DNA of 64,000 nt from Cenarchaeum sp. (lineage in GTDB: Archaea; Thermoproteota; Nitrososphaeria; Nitrososphaerales; Nitrosopumilaceae), in contig OZ242221.1 of assembly GCA_965206845.1 (NCBI GenBank), forward strand, positions 736,001-800,000. Reading direction: 5' to 3'. The translations under genes were made by a program, and so were the position numbers. Numbering within the stretch: position 1 is the stretch's first letter; each line of letters starts with the position of its first letter. The notes below the pieces were generated by a model. It did not search any database, had not been told where the DNA came from, and worked only from the letters and a program-made list of their open reading frames with translations. Shown here one piece after another: positions 39,860 to 49,771 of this stretch.

Positions 39860-40849
39860 ATGTCATTTCCCAGTAGCCGCCTGAGAAGATTGAGATCCTC
39901 CGAGGGGATGAGGAGGCTGGCAAGGGAGTCGGTGCTGTCCCCTGATGATTTTATCTGTCCCATATTTGTGGACGAGAGAGTGGATTCCCGGGTCGAGGTG
40001 GACTCGATGCCCGGCGTGTACAGGGTTCCACTCAAGGAGGCAGGCGCCGAAGCCGGAGCGATACGCGATCTGGGCATTCCCGCCGTCATGCTGTTTGGCG
40101 TTCCTGCCAGAAAGGATGATGCCGGAAGCGGCGCATACGGCGATAACGGGATAGTCCAGCGCGCAATAGAAGAGATCCGCAGCAGTTGCGGCAGCATGGT
40201 GATCATGGCAGATGTTTGCCTGTGCCAGTATACGTCAACTGGGCACTGCGGCCTGATAAGGAACGGATCCGTGGACAACGACTCGAGCCTGGAGGTTCTG
40301 GCAGACATCGCCGTCAGTCAGGCAAGAGCCGGCGTGGATGTGGTGTCCCCATCGGCAATGATGGACGGCCAGGTGGCCGCAATCAGATCGGCCCTGAACG
40401 AGGCGGGTTTTTCTGAAGTGGGCATAATGTCGCACTCGGCAAAGCACAGATCCAACTTTTACTCCCCGTTTCGCGACGCAGCCGAGTGCGCCCCAAAGTT
40501 TGGCGACAGAAGAACCTACCAGGTTCCCTACACAAACGCCAGGGAGTCCATAAGGGAGATGGAGGCGGACATCGGCGAGGGCGTGGACATCATCATGATA
40601 AAGCCGGCCCTGGCATACCTGGATCTGATCGCAGAGGCAAGAAGGAGGTTCAGCCTGCCCGTATCGGCGTACAGCGTCTCCGGCGAGTATGCCCTTGTAA
40701 TGGCGGCTGCCCGGCAGGGATGGATCCCCAGAGACGAGACAGTTCACGAGATTCTGTCCTCCATAAAGCGGGCCGGTGCAGACATGATAGTAACATACTT
40801 TGCAAGGCAGGCGGCGGAGTTTCTAAATGAGACAGGACCAAAAGTTTGA
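39860..40849 (+). CDS. hemB: Porphobilinogen synthase
   Basis: 'DVCLCQYTSTGHCG', 'PSAMMDG', 'FYSPFRDAA', 'IKPALAYLD', 'VSGEY'. Confidence 0.96.
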   Translation: MSFPSSRLRRLRSSEGMRRLARESVLSPDDFICPIFVDERVDSRVEVDSMPGVYRVPLKEAGAEAGAIRDLGIPAVMLFGVPARKDDAGSGAYGDNGIVQRAIEEIRSSCGSMVIMADVCLCQYTSTGHCGLIRNGSVDNDSSLEVLADIAVSQARAGVDVVSPSAMMDGQVAAIRSALNEAGFSEVGIMSHSAKHRSNFYSPFRDAAECAPKFGDRRTYQVPYTNARESIREMEADIGEGVDIIMIKPALAYLDLIAEARRRFSLPVSAYSVSGEYALVMAAARQGWIPRDETVHEILSSIKRAGADMIVTYFARQAAEFLNETGPKV

Positions 40850-41138
40850 GATCGAGCGGGCGTTTGACCTCATCCCCCATGTCATCGGGGCCAGCTGGAC
40901 GGTAATACAGTTCCGGTTTACCGGCGTGAAAAGGCCCACCCGGGAGCAGTACCGAAGGAGTGTCATCCGGTACGTGAGGCTGCTTGATCCGCTGTTTGAG
41001 GACTTTGCGGGGGATGAGGAACTCCGGGAGGTCCAGGAGTACATCAGAAGGAGGAAGAGGGCCGAGATCGAGAAGATCGCGGCGGGCAAAAATGCCGAGG
41101 TCGAGAAGCGCTACGACAGGTACGTGGATTATGGCTAG
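40827..41138 (+). CDS. Conserved hypothetical protein
   Basis: Overlaps the hemB stop; C-terminal 'EKRYDRYVDYG'. Confidence 0.6.
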   Translation: MRQDQKFEIERAFDLIPHVIGASWTVIQFRFTGVKRPTREQYRRSVIRYVRLLDPLFEDFAGDEELREVQEYIRRRKRAEIEKIAAGKNAEVEKRYDRYVDYG

Positions 41139-41146
41139 GAGACGCC

Positions 41147-41767
41147 TTAGAACCTCCAGAGCTTCGGCCTTACCAGCCTGAACCTTCTTCTTGTAATCAG
41201 GAGGCTCCAGTCGATGGACATGAACAGCAGCACCACGCCAACCCCGATCCCATCGGCAACCACTATTCCCACCAGCTGATCCTCGAAGAGCTGCAGGAAG
41301 GGAGTCAGGACGGCCTCGCTGATGGAGATCATTATGTAGTACGCCACCACCCTGCCAAGCCAGAAGCCGATGTACAGCCCAACGCTTCTTGCCCGCATCA
41401 TGCCGTAGGCCACAAAGAGCATGTTGCTGGGAAGCGGGCTCACTGCAAACAGAAACGACGCCACGGCATAGCCGTACCTCTTTTTGCCAAGAAACCTGCC
41501 GATCATGTCAAGGTTGGATCTGTGCTCGTCGTCGACGAATCTTCGAAGCATTGTGCTGACCCTCTTGAGAACAAACCTACCCAGGGTGGCGCCGGTTGCC
41601 CCCACCAGAGCCAGTGCGACGGGGTTCAGTGAGCTGTCCAGGGCATGAAATGAGACTAGCACGATCCACGACGGGGGCATCAGCAGCGGCGCGGCGTTGA
41701 TCGCCACAAAGAGAAGCAATATTCCCAGATACGAGAGCTCAGATACCGCCTCAAAGATGCCACTCAT
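41147..41767 (-). CDS. DedA/VTT-like membrane protein
   Basis: Multiple TMs; 'GATGATLGR', 'SPLPSN.LF..YG', 'GR'. Confidence 0.7.
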   Translation of the reverse strand: MSGIFEAVSELSYLGILLLFVAINAAPLLMPPSWIVLVSFHALDSSLNPVALALVGATGATLGRFVLKRVSTMLRRFVDDEHRSNLDMIGRFLGKKRYGYAVASFLFAVSPLPSNMLFVAYGMMRARSVGLYIGFWLGRVVAYYIMISISEAVLTPFLQLFEDQLVGIVVADGIGVGVVLLFMSIDWSLLITRRRFRLVRPKLWRF

Positions 41768-41940
41768 CTGCTGACTGTAGCGGGAACCAATTCTAAAAGC
41801 ATTGGGTAGTCGGGCGAGCCCGCACCGGACGGTGCGCAGATGTGCCATGCATGGCATGAGCCAGGCCTGCTCTGCAGAGACACGGGACGGTTTTATAGCT
41901 CTTTGGCAAGTGATTAATAGCGGGTGGAGAAGAGGCAGGC

Positions 41941-42453
41941 ATGGTGGACAAGTACGAGGATCCTTTTGTCAGGATTGCGTTCATGATTGGGGGGGACGAG
42001 TACCTCAAGGTTGCAAGATCACTGCTCAAGTCCAGGGATGCCACCGATGAAGAGATTGCAAGTTCCACCGGGCTTAGGATCAACATGGTCAGAAAGGTTC
42101 TGTATGATCTGTTTGGCAAGTCCCTGATTACAGGCATTCGCGTAAAGGATGAGAAGAAGGGCTGGTTCGTCTACAGGTGGCGCTCCCGCAGGGAAGAGGT
42201 CGAGGGATTTATAGAAAACCAGAAGAAGACGATTGCCGAAAGACTGCAACAGAGGCTGGACTATGAGAATCTGTCGGATTTTTACCACTGCGGAAACAGT
42301 GACTGCGTCAGAATGCCCGCAGTGGATGCTCTCGAGTACGACTACAGGTGCCCGTCGTGCGGGAAGATCATGAACCAGAAGATCAACGACAGAGCCAAGC
42401 AGGCCTTTGCCAAAAAGATCGACAAGATAAGAAAGGACATGCTGCAGGCCTAG
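41941..42453 (+). CDS. tfe: Transcription factor E alpha
   Basis: Winged helix 'TDEEIA..TG.RINMVRKVLY.L', 'GWFVYRW', Zn ribbon 'C...C...CPSCG'. Confidence 0.93.
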   Translation: MVDKYEDPFVRIAFMIGGDEYLKVARSLLKSRDATDEEIASSTGLRINMVRKVLYDLFGKSLITGIRVKDEKKGWFVYRWRSRREEVEGFIENQKKTIAERLQQRLDYENLSDFYHCGNSDCVRMPAVDALEYDYRCPSCGKIMNQKINDRAKQAFAKKIDKIRKDMLQA

Positions 42454-42963
42454 CGCGTTCCGCAGTTGTGTGGTGTGGGATCGCCAGACAGTGGAGCCGC
42501 CATGGTCCTGGCACGCGCCGGCACGCCCATTTTCAGGCAACTGATCCCCGGATAGGCAGCATCCAAGGGCGACCGCAACCTGCAGGGACGTACGTGGCCG
42601 GCCTGACCCTGGCCTGCCCGGATTTTGCATTTATGGTAGATATTGGATATTTTCTTTAACTTTGTACCATACGTGATCAGATGTATTAAATATAATAAAG
42701 TGCAAGGTATGCTGACGAGGACGCATGAAACGGCTTCAGCTCTGAGCTTTGGAAGCCAGCAGAGGTGCAGGAACACCTTGAGCCCTGAAGTACCGACGGG
42801 GTTCATGATTCCTCATACTCCTCGTCCATCATCCTGCCATGACCCAGCCGTTCCGGAATGATCGGGATCGCGCAGATGCTGCTCTGCTGTCCTGCCTGAT
42901 GCACCAGCGTGTCACGGGTTCTGCAAGCGGCAAAAAAGGCTCGCGCGCGGACACAGGCCCGAT

Positions 42964-44292
42964 CTAGCAGTAATCGTCCAATGAGACCTCGTCTGATCCG
43001 GGAATCTTTGCCACTTCAAAGCCCTCAGGCCTCTTTGAGAGCGGCCGCGTGGCATCAATCCCCATCTTCGCGGTTCGCAGATTCTCCTGGTCGCTGGAAG
43101 GATCCAGGCTCGAGCCACGCACGTCCTTGATTATCACCAGATCCCTGTCCGCCTGGAACCTGGTTGCCATTGCATACTCGACTGACTCGGCCGAGTCGGG
43201 ATCAATATCGGGATCCACCACGGTGACCTGCTTTAGCGAGCGGTGGAGCCGGAACATCTTCTGAATGATCTCCTTGGGATCCAGGTCGGATCTCTTCTCG
43301 GCCTGGACTACTGCGTGAAGCCAGCTGCATCCCCCGTCGGTCATCGATACCCGCCGGGTTTGGGGGAAGGCCATTCTCATCTCATAGTTGAGCTTTGACT
43401 CTATGGGCATCCCCATCAGCAGCCTGTGTTCGGAGAACCCCGACAGAATGTCGTGAAAGATCGGATCGTTCCTAAAGTAGAGGGACTCCAGCTCAAACAC
43501 CGGCTGGTCGCGCCTGTGGTCATACGTCTGGAGCATCTCGACCATCCACTCCGGATGGGTTACGTCCTGAAGAATTCTTCCCTCCATGACGATCTCGGAC
43601 TCGGAGGGAACAAGCATCCCCGAGTACGGGCACCCTGCAAGGGTCAGGTTCCCGTCCAGGATCGAGTTTGCGATGTTCAGCTCATCGTTCCCCCACTCCG
43701 CCTGGTACGCGCCGGCAATGGAGACGGCCGGATGCACCCCCACGGTAACGGAGACCCTGAGATCCTCGCCATGCTGCTTCGCATCAGTAAAGCACCGGTG
43801 CAGGTGCCGCTCCTCAACCATCCTTACAGAAAAATGGGTTCCGTCAACGGGCATCATGCGGTGAAACGACGAGTTCTGCCTCTTGGACTCGGGGTTTTGC
43901 GCATAGACTATCGACGAGGTGATAAAGGGTCCCGGCTCCTTCTCAAAGTGTGTGACAACCGGAAGGGATGACGCGTCCCGGGATCTGTTCTCCATGAACC
44001 TTCCCCGTTCTGTGGTATGCGGTTTTGCCGCCCCGTCGATGCAGGAGATCATTCTTTTGTGAATGTCGTCCCTGCCGGAGCCTACTGCCATGGCAAACCT
44101 TTCCCGGGTTCCGACCAGGTTTGACACGAGCCGGAATCTGCTTCCCTCTATGTCCTCAAACATTATGGCGCGGCGCCCGTCGGCCTTGGCGGTAACCGCG
44201 GCTATCTCGTACCGTGCAGATACCTGCCTTTTTACCACCATCAGATCTTTGGATCTCTCCACTGCAGAAAGATACCCCCGGAGGTCAGACAT
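42964..44292 (-). CDS. UbiD-family decarboxylase
   Basis: 'LPVVTHFEKEPGPFIT', 'SEIVMEG', 'VEYAMATRFQ', 'LDPS', 'KMGIDAT'. Confidence 0.9.
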   Translation of the reverse strand: MSDLRGYLSAVERSKDLMVVKRQVSARYEIAAVTAKADGRRAIMFEDIEGSRFRLVSNLVGTRERFAMAVGSGRDDIHKRMISCIDGAAKPHTTERGRFMENRSRDASSLPVVTHFEKEPGPFITSSIVYAQNPESKRQNSSFHRMMPVDGTHFSVRMVEERHLHRCFTDAKQHGEDLRVSVTVGVHPAVSIAGAYQAEWGNDELNIANSILDGNLTLAGCPYSGMLVPSESEIVMEGRILQDVTHPEWMVEMLQTYDHRRDQPVFELESLYFRNDPIFHDILSGFSEHRLLMGMPIESKLNYEMRMAFPQTRRVSMTDGGCSWLHAVVQAEKRSDLDPKEIIQKMFRLHRSLKQVTVVDPDIDPDSAESVEYAMATRFQADRDLVIIKDVRGSSLDPSSDQENLRTAKMGIDATRPLSKRPEGFEVAKIPGSDEVSLDDYC

Positions 44293-44626
44293 CCCGCACC
44301 ATCTCCAGTACGTCGCCCATAAGGATTTTAGCTGTGGCCGCATCCATCTCGCTCCGTATGCTGAAGGAGACTATTGCAATTCCCCTGGTATGGCTGCTGA
44401 TCCTCTCGGCGATCAGCCTCAAAAAAAGTGACTCGGCCTTGGCAGGAATTACGGTTGTGGTAACCGGCCCCGGATCGGTGCCAAGGGACACCACCATGGC
44501 GCCCAGACTGTCGGCGCCCTCGGTTATGGATACAAAGTCCCCGTTATCAAACCTCAGCAGCCTTACAGAGAATCCGCGATCGGCCACCCGGACGGTTTTT
44601 TGGTAAAACCTGGATGCCTTGGTCAA
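44285..44626 (-). CDS. Hypothetical protein (PAC4-like)
   Basis: 'FDNG.FVSITEG...LGAM.VS'; overlaps the UbiD start. Confidence 0.55.
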   Translation of the reverse strand: MTKASRFYQKTVRVADRGFSVRLLRFDNGDFVSITEGADSLGAMVVSLGTDPGPVTTTVIPAKAESLFLRLIAERISSHTRGIAIVSFSIRSEMDAATAKILMGDVLEMVRDV

Positions 44627-44638
44627 CAGGTACCTGAA

Positions 44639-44887
44639 TCAGTCTACAGTTTTTAACGCTATTGATTCAGATTCTTTGGAGTCGGCCTCCACCCTTGCCC
44701 GGAGTTTGGCCTTGTACTTTAGGTTTCGCGGTTTGGTTCTGAGCCTGTATCCACAGCATGGACACCACAGACCCTCCCACTTGATGAAGATCTCACAAAT
44801 TTGGCATCGCCTCTGTCCGGACGCATATCTTCCGGTGCCCACAGGTTTTTGTGCCTTATATCTAATGCATATTCCCTTACAAGTCAC
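44639..44887 (-). CDS. Small basic Zn-ribbon protein
   Basis: 'RCQICE....GLWCPCCGYRLRTKPR'. Confidence 0.75.
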   Translation of the reverse strand: MTCKGICIRYKAQKPVGTGRYASGQRRCQICEIFIKWEGLWCPCCGYRLRTKPRNLKYKAKLRARVEADSKESESIALKTVD

Positions 44888-45047
44888 TTACTATTATATA
44901 GAATATGTAGGTATATAAGCATGGATAAGAGATTTCTTGAAAAAACCTATCGCATTTTACTTGAGATTAGCATGTACAAATAACATGTCCTAGAAAAATT
45001 GGGAAAAGTTTGAAGAATGTTCTAATTTATAAGGCTGGCTCCCGCCA

Positions 45048-46410
45048 AACTCTGTTTCCTAATTATTTCCAGTCACGCCTAATGGCTCCAAAATCAGGCC
45101 AGACTAGGCAAGCCAGCTGAATTTGAGCTTCACATCAGGCATTTTCAACAAGAAGCCATATTGATCAGAGAGGCGTGCCGGTAGTCAGGCTGCGAAACAT
45201 GACCACAAACACCTCCTCTCCGAATACACCCGACCCACATAATACTAAAAAATCTTTCAATCCGAAAAAATGCAGGCTCCAGTACGATGACCGCAAGTAC
45301 ATAGACCGTGGCCAGCTGTACGTGCTTCAGATAAGCATGGCGATCCTAAAACAGGGCCTGGAGGAGCTAAATCATGGAAAGGTCGGCCGCCCGTTTGGCT
45401 TTTCAAACGCATGCTTTGCGGCAGCATCCCTATTCAGAAACGCCACGGGCATAAAGTACAGGCAGCTGCAGGGCCTGGCAGAGGCAATCGTCGGCAGGGT
45501 AAATGCGCCCACATACTCGGCATTCCAGAAGAGGATGACAAAACTCAGCTGCGTTTTTGATGAGAAAGGCAGTGGCAATACGGCTGCCGCATGGTTCTCA
45601 GACGGCAACACGAGAACCGAGATAAGCCTGTTTGCCTTTGACTCCACCGGACTCAAGCCTACAAACCGCGGTGACTGGATGACAGAAAAGTGGGGCACGA
45701 GGCGCGGATTCATAAAGCTGCACGTGGGCGTGGACACCAAGACCAAGAAGATCTATGCCGTGGTCATAACTGACGACAAGTGCGGAGACTCCCCACAGTT
45801 TGAGGAGCTGGTGGAGCAGGCTTTTGCAAATGCGGAAAAATCGCCAAACGCGGGTACGTCCGCAGACACCGGAGTCGCAGCTGACGGTGCGTACGATACC
45901 AAGAATATCCGCAGCTACTGCAACGAGCGCGGAACCAACCCGCTGATTCCCGTCCGCATTGATTTTGCCGGAAATGCAAACGGGTGCATGCCACGCAAGG
46001 AGGCAGGATTCAGGCAGCTTGGCGGTTTTGACCACATAGACAAGAAGACAGAACACGGGTTTGCAGATCTTACGCGCGAGCAAAAGGGGGAGCTCCAGAA
46101 GGCATGGCGGAAAGAGTCAGGATACAACGACAGGTGGGCAGTCGAGATCGCCTTCTCCACATTCAAACGGGTCCTCGGTGAGTGCGTGAACGCACGAAAG
46201 TGGGAGAACGTCAAGACCGAGATATACGGCAAGGTGTGGCTGTACAACCATCTGATTGACACGGCAATTGACAACGGGTATGGCACGCCAAGGGTGGTGT
46301 GCCCGTCTGTAAAACCGGCCCCGAAGACAGCAAGACAGGAGGGGAGGCAGTGACATAGACAGAGTCACACAGGCGGGTGTCTGTGTGCCGCATAATTAGG
46401 AAACAGAGTT
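45048..46410 (+). mobile_element. Complete IS5-family insertion sequence (1363 bp)
   Basis: 19-bp perfect TIR AACTCTGTTTCCTAATTAT (45048-45066 / 46392-46410); 8-bp TSD TCCCGCCA (45040-45047 / 46411-46418). Confidence 0.92.
45199..46353 (+). CDS. IS5-family DDE transposase
   Basis: 'DSTGLK', 'KLHVGVD', 'ADGAYDT', 'SGY..RWAVE..FS.FKR'; start may be GTG 45175. Confidence 0.92.
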   Translation: MTTNTSSPNTPDPHNTKKSFNPKKCRLQYDDRKYIDRGQLYVLQISMAILKQGLEELNHGKVGRPFGFSNACFAAASLFRNATGIKYRQLQGLAEAIVGRVNAPTYSAFQKRMTKLSCVFDEKGSGNTAAAWFSDGNTRTEISLFAFDSTGLKPTNRGDWMTEKWGTRRGFIKLHVGVDTKTKKIYAVVITDDKCGDSPQFEELVEQAFANAEKSPNAGTSADTGVAADGAYDTKNIRSYCNERGTNPLIPVRIDFAGNANGCMPRKEAGFRQLGGFDHIDKKTEHGFADLTREQKGELQKAWRKESGYNDRWAVEIAFSTFKRVLGECVNARKWENVKTEIYGKVWLYNHLIDTAIDNGYGTPRVVCPSVKPAPKTARQEGRQ

Positions 46411-46479
46411 TCCCGCCAGATGACGGCCGGATGGCGCTTCCCAATAAGATATAATTAAGGTGACAGATCGAATCCGAAT

Positions 46480-47559
46480 ATGAAGGGTGTTGTTTATGAG
46501 GAATACGCACCAGATGACGATTTTGCAAAGATCCTTCGCGTCAAGGATCTGGACGACCCAAAACCCAAGGCCGACGAGGTGGTGTTTCAGGTCAAGGCCG
46601 CCGCACTAAACTACAATGACATCTGGGGAATGCGCGGATCACCCGTGCCGGTGCCACTGCCGCACATCTCCGGCTCCGATGCCGCAGGCGAGGTTATAGC
46701 AGTAGGCGAGGATGTAAAGAATATCCGGGTTGGTGACAGGGTGGTCTCCCACTCCAACATGTCCTGCCGGGTATGCAGGGCCTGCACGGACGGGAGGGAG
46801 TTTGACTGCGCCAAGAGAACGATCTGGGGATTCCAGACAGGACCCGTCTGGGGGGCATACTGCGAGGTTACGCACCTTCCCGAAGTCAACATCTCAAAGA
46901 TTCCCGACAGTGTCAGCTTTGACGAGGCGGCAGCTGCATCCATGACGCTGCTCACATCGTGGCACATGCTGGTGGGAAGGGCAAGGATCATACCGGGCCA
47001 GACGGTGCTTATCATGGGAGGCGGTTCCGGGGTAGGAAGCTTTGGAATCCAGATTGCCAAACTGTACAACTGTGACGTGATTGCCACGGCAAGTCCTGAC
47101 AAACTCAGCAAGTGCATCGAGCTGGGAGCAGACTATGCGGTGGATCACAGAAAGGACGACTGGCACAAAGAGGTCAGGGCCATAACAAAGAAGATAGCAA
47201 AGGAGAAGGGCGAGCAGCCTGGAATCGACATATCATTTGATCATATCGGCCAGACCCACTGGAACAAGCAGCTGACCCTGCTCAAGTACGGCGCAACCCT
47301 GGTCTCCTGCGGCGCCACCACTGGATATGACGCAAAGACAGACCTTCGTCACATATTCTTCAAGGGAACAAACATTCTTGGCTCCACCCAGGGAACAAAG
47401 GCAGAGCTTGACCAGGGCCTGTACTGGATGGGCAAGGGCAAGATCAGGTCGGTAATCGACTCCAGGCACTCCTTTGAGGAGGCAGCGCAGGCACACACCA
47501 AGATGCTGACTGGAAAGGGACTCTTTGGCAAGATCCTGCTCAAGCCAGAAGGTGCCTAG
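46480..47559 (+). CDS. Zn-binding MDR oxidoreductase (acryloyl-CoA reductase candidate)
   Basis: 'ALNYND', 'SGSDAAG', structural Zn C..C..C.......C, 'GGGSGVGS', 'CGATTG'; specific function is inference. Confidence 0.8.
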   Translation: MKGVVYEEYAPDDDFAKILRVKDLDDPKPKADEVVFQVKAAALNYNDIWGMRGSPVPVPLPHISGSDAAGEVIAVGEDVKNIRVGDRVVSHSNMSCRVCRACTDGREFDCAKRTIWGFQTGPVWGAYCEVTHLPEVNISKIPDSVSFDEAAAASMTLLTSWHMLVGRARIIPGQTVLIMGGGSGVGSFGIQIAKLYNCDVIATASPDKLSKCIELGADYAVDHRKDDWHKEVRAITKKIAKEKGEQPGIDISFDHIGQTHWNKQLTLLKYGATLVSCGATTGYDAKTDLRHIFFKGTNILGSTQGTKAELDQGLYWMGKGKIRSVIDSRHSFEEAAQAHTKMLTGKGLFGKILLKPEGA

Positions 47560-47566
47560 CCGCTAA

Positions 47567-48415
47567 ATGTCCGGACTCTTCCGCTCTCTACTCTTCATTC
47601 CCGGCAACAATCCACGGTTCCTGGAGAAGGCAAAATCAATTCCCGTGGACATAGCATGCTTTGACCTGGAGGACTCGGTGCCGGATGCGCAGAAGGGCGC
47701 CGCACGGGAGCTCGTCCGGGCAGCACTCAAGGAGCGTTCCGGATACACACCGTCGGTGTACGTCCGGACCAACTCTCCCGCATCGCCCCATATGTCAGAC
47801 GATTTGGATGCGGTGGTCTGCGAGGGGATAGACGGCATCGTGGTACCCAAGGTCGACAGCACGACAGAGATGAAGAGGATCGAGAGGGCGCTCTTGCATC
47901 TGGAGAGGGAGCGCGGGCTTGCGCGCACGCTCATAATTCCCTCCATCGAGTCCGCGCAGGGAGTCGTAAACTGCTATGGTATAGTATCGTACTCAGGGCG
48001 GGTGGCGGCAGTGATATTTGGCGTCTTTGACCTGCTCAACGACATGGGCATCGAGTACACCAAGCAGCCTCCCGGGGCAGAGTACTCCAGGGCAAAGATT
48101 CCCGTGGATGCCAGGGCCGCAGGAGTGGCCGCCATAGATGCCATCTGGCAGGATCTTCATGATGAAGACGGGCTTGAGGACGACTGCAGGATCGGCAGGA
48201 GCCTGGGCTACGCAGGCAAGAGTGTCATACACCCAACCCAGATATCCATGGTGCACCGGGTGTTTCACCCCACCGCAGCAGAGATCCAATGGGCAGAGAT
48301 GGTCCGTGACGCATACCAGAGTGCAGTGAAAGGCGGCCGGGGGGCCACCACCGTGGACGGCCACATGATAGACGAGGTGCACTACAAAAGGGCCATGGCC
48401 ATCCTAGACGGATAG
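47567..48415 (+). CDS. CitE/HpcH-family CoA-ester lyase
   Basis: 'RSLLFIPG', 'DLEDSV', 'PKV', 'GKSVIHP.Q', 'GHMID'. Confidence 0.9.
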   Translation: MSGLFRSLLFIPGNNPRFLEKAKSIPVDIACFDLEDSVPDAQKGAARELVRAALKERSGYTPSVYVRTNSPASPHMSDDLDAVVCEGIDGIVVPKVDSTTEMKRIERALLHLERERGLARTLIIPSIESAQGVVNCYGIVSYSGRVAAVIFGVFDLLNDMGIEYTKQPPGAEYSRAKIPVDARAAGVAAIDAIWQDLHDEDGLEDDCRIGRSLGYAGKSVIHPTQISMVHRVFHPTAAEIQWAEMVRDAYQSAVKGGRGATTVDGHMIDEVHYKRAMAILDG

Positions 48416-48572
48416 GGCCGCTGCCCCAAGGCCGATCCGGCGCAGGGCCGGCTCCCGTTCCGGGCCGCATAGCGGTATCTGGCCAGGCGCAAAGATCCGC
48501 AAGGGCGTGCATCTAAACCGGGTGTGGGTGTAGCCCGCGCCCGCCTTGAACTCTTTTATTTCAGAATGAGTA

Positions 48573-48917
48573 ATGGAATGTATCAGCTCCACAAGCATAT
48601 TCCAAGCAATTCACGAGGCAAAACTGGAGAGGCGCATAGAGGATCTGTTGCTGAAGCTGCTCAAGTACAACTCTACACCAAACGTCCAGGAGCCGCTCCG
48701 CCAGTTCTTGACAAACTACCAGATGGCCACAGAGTCGTTCTCGGACAGCTCCCAAAATGCCCACACATACGAAGATGTCCTTGAGTGCTACCACCAATAT
48801 GCCAAGAACCAGTGCATGATTGTAGAGACCCTACTAGAGAACCTGCGGTACACGCTGGACAAGGACGGAACCCGGAAGGAGCTCGCGATGATGCTCAAAG
48901 ACGGATTTACGTTCTAG
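48573..48917 (+). CDS. Conserved hypothetical helical protein
   Basis: ORF with upstream TTTTATT; host-like codon usage. Confidence 0.6.
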   Translation: MECISSTSIFQAIHEAKLERRIEDLLLKLLKYNSTPNVQEPLRQFLTNYQMATESFSDSSQNAHTYEDVLECYHQYAKNQCMIVETLLENLRYTLDKDGTRKELAMMLKDGFTF

Positions 48918-49013
48918 TGGGGAATGTGGTATTCCTCGAGGGACTGTCGGGAGAAACCGGTCACATAGCAGAATGAATAAACATAACCGAACCCACCGCA
49001 TATATGGGTCAAA

Positions 49014-49739
49014 TTGTTTGATGTGCTGGATCCGGTAAATGCGATAACTCGGATGTACGAGGCAGGTAGATACGACGACGTCGTAGGCTACTGCAGAAGG
49101 ATGCTGGAGAGGGATCCGGGGGACATGACTGCGCTGCAGAACATGGCCACGGCGTTTATCCACCTGGGCGAGTTTGAGGAGGCGCTGGTCCACTGCGAGA
49201 AGGTGCTGGAGAGGAACGGCCATGACGAGTACGCCCTGAGGAACAAGATCTTTGCACTGGAGAACCTCAAGCGCCACCGGGAGGTCCTTCCGCTGGCAGA
49301 GCAGCTGGCCCTGCGCAACCCAAAGGACACCTGGGCCCTCAACAGCGCCGGCCTGGCGCTAAACGAGCTGAACCGAAACGGGGAGGCGTTGTCGTACTAC
49401 GACAGGGTGCTTGATGCGGATCCCGGCAACACGACTGCACTGCTGAACAAGGCAAACACCCTTGTATTCTTTAAGAGATACGAAGAGGCCATCGGCCTGT
49501 ACGACCGGGCACAGAGATCAGACCGCTCCCTCAAACAGGTAGGAAAGGTAAAAGCAGAACTGCTTGCAAGGCTGGAAAGGGAGGACGAGTCGTTTCTGGC
49601 GGCCCAGGGCGTCCTGCTAGACGACATGCCAGGCATCATAAGGCAGGCTGCCCAGAACAGGTGCACCGTGTTTCACCAGTTCTGTCTCAACGAGTACGAC
49701 TCGACGCGAACCGGCGCCGCAAGGCACGCGAAAGAATGA
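49014..49739 (+). CDS. Tetratricopeptide-repeat protein
   Basis: About five 34-aa TPR units 'AL.N.A..L..L....EAL..YD..L..DP'. Confidence 0.88.
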   Translation: MFDVLDPVNAITRMYEAGRYDDVVGYCRRMLERDPGDMTALQNMATAFIHLGEFEEALVHCEKVLERNGHDEYALRNKIFALENLKRHREVLPLAEQLALRNPKDTWALNSAGLALNELNRNGEALSYYDRVLDADPGNTTALLNKANTLVFFKRYEEAIGLYDRAQRSDRSLKQVGKVKAELLARLEREDESFLAAQGVLLDDMPGIIRQAAQNRCTVFHQFCLNEYDSTRTGAARHAKE

Positions 49740-49771
49740 TTTTATACGCACCGCACTCCAGTCAGGTTTAG

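Noticed and set aside
42712-42760. Hammerhead ribozyme (CTGACGA...GAAAC)
   Set aside because: No pairable stem II and no GUH cleavage triplet closing stem III; kept only as a generic structured-RNA candidate.
45048-46410. IS5 transposase as the enzyme mobilising the tnpB elements
   Set aside because: Its TIR (AACTCTGTTTCCTAATTAT) shares only AATTAT, at a different offset, with GGGAATTATATAC; transposases are end-specific, so the partner is probably outside this window.
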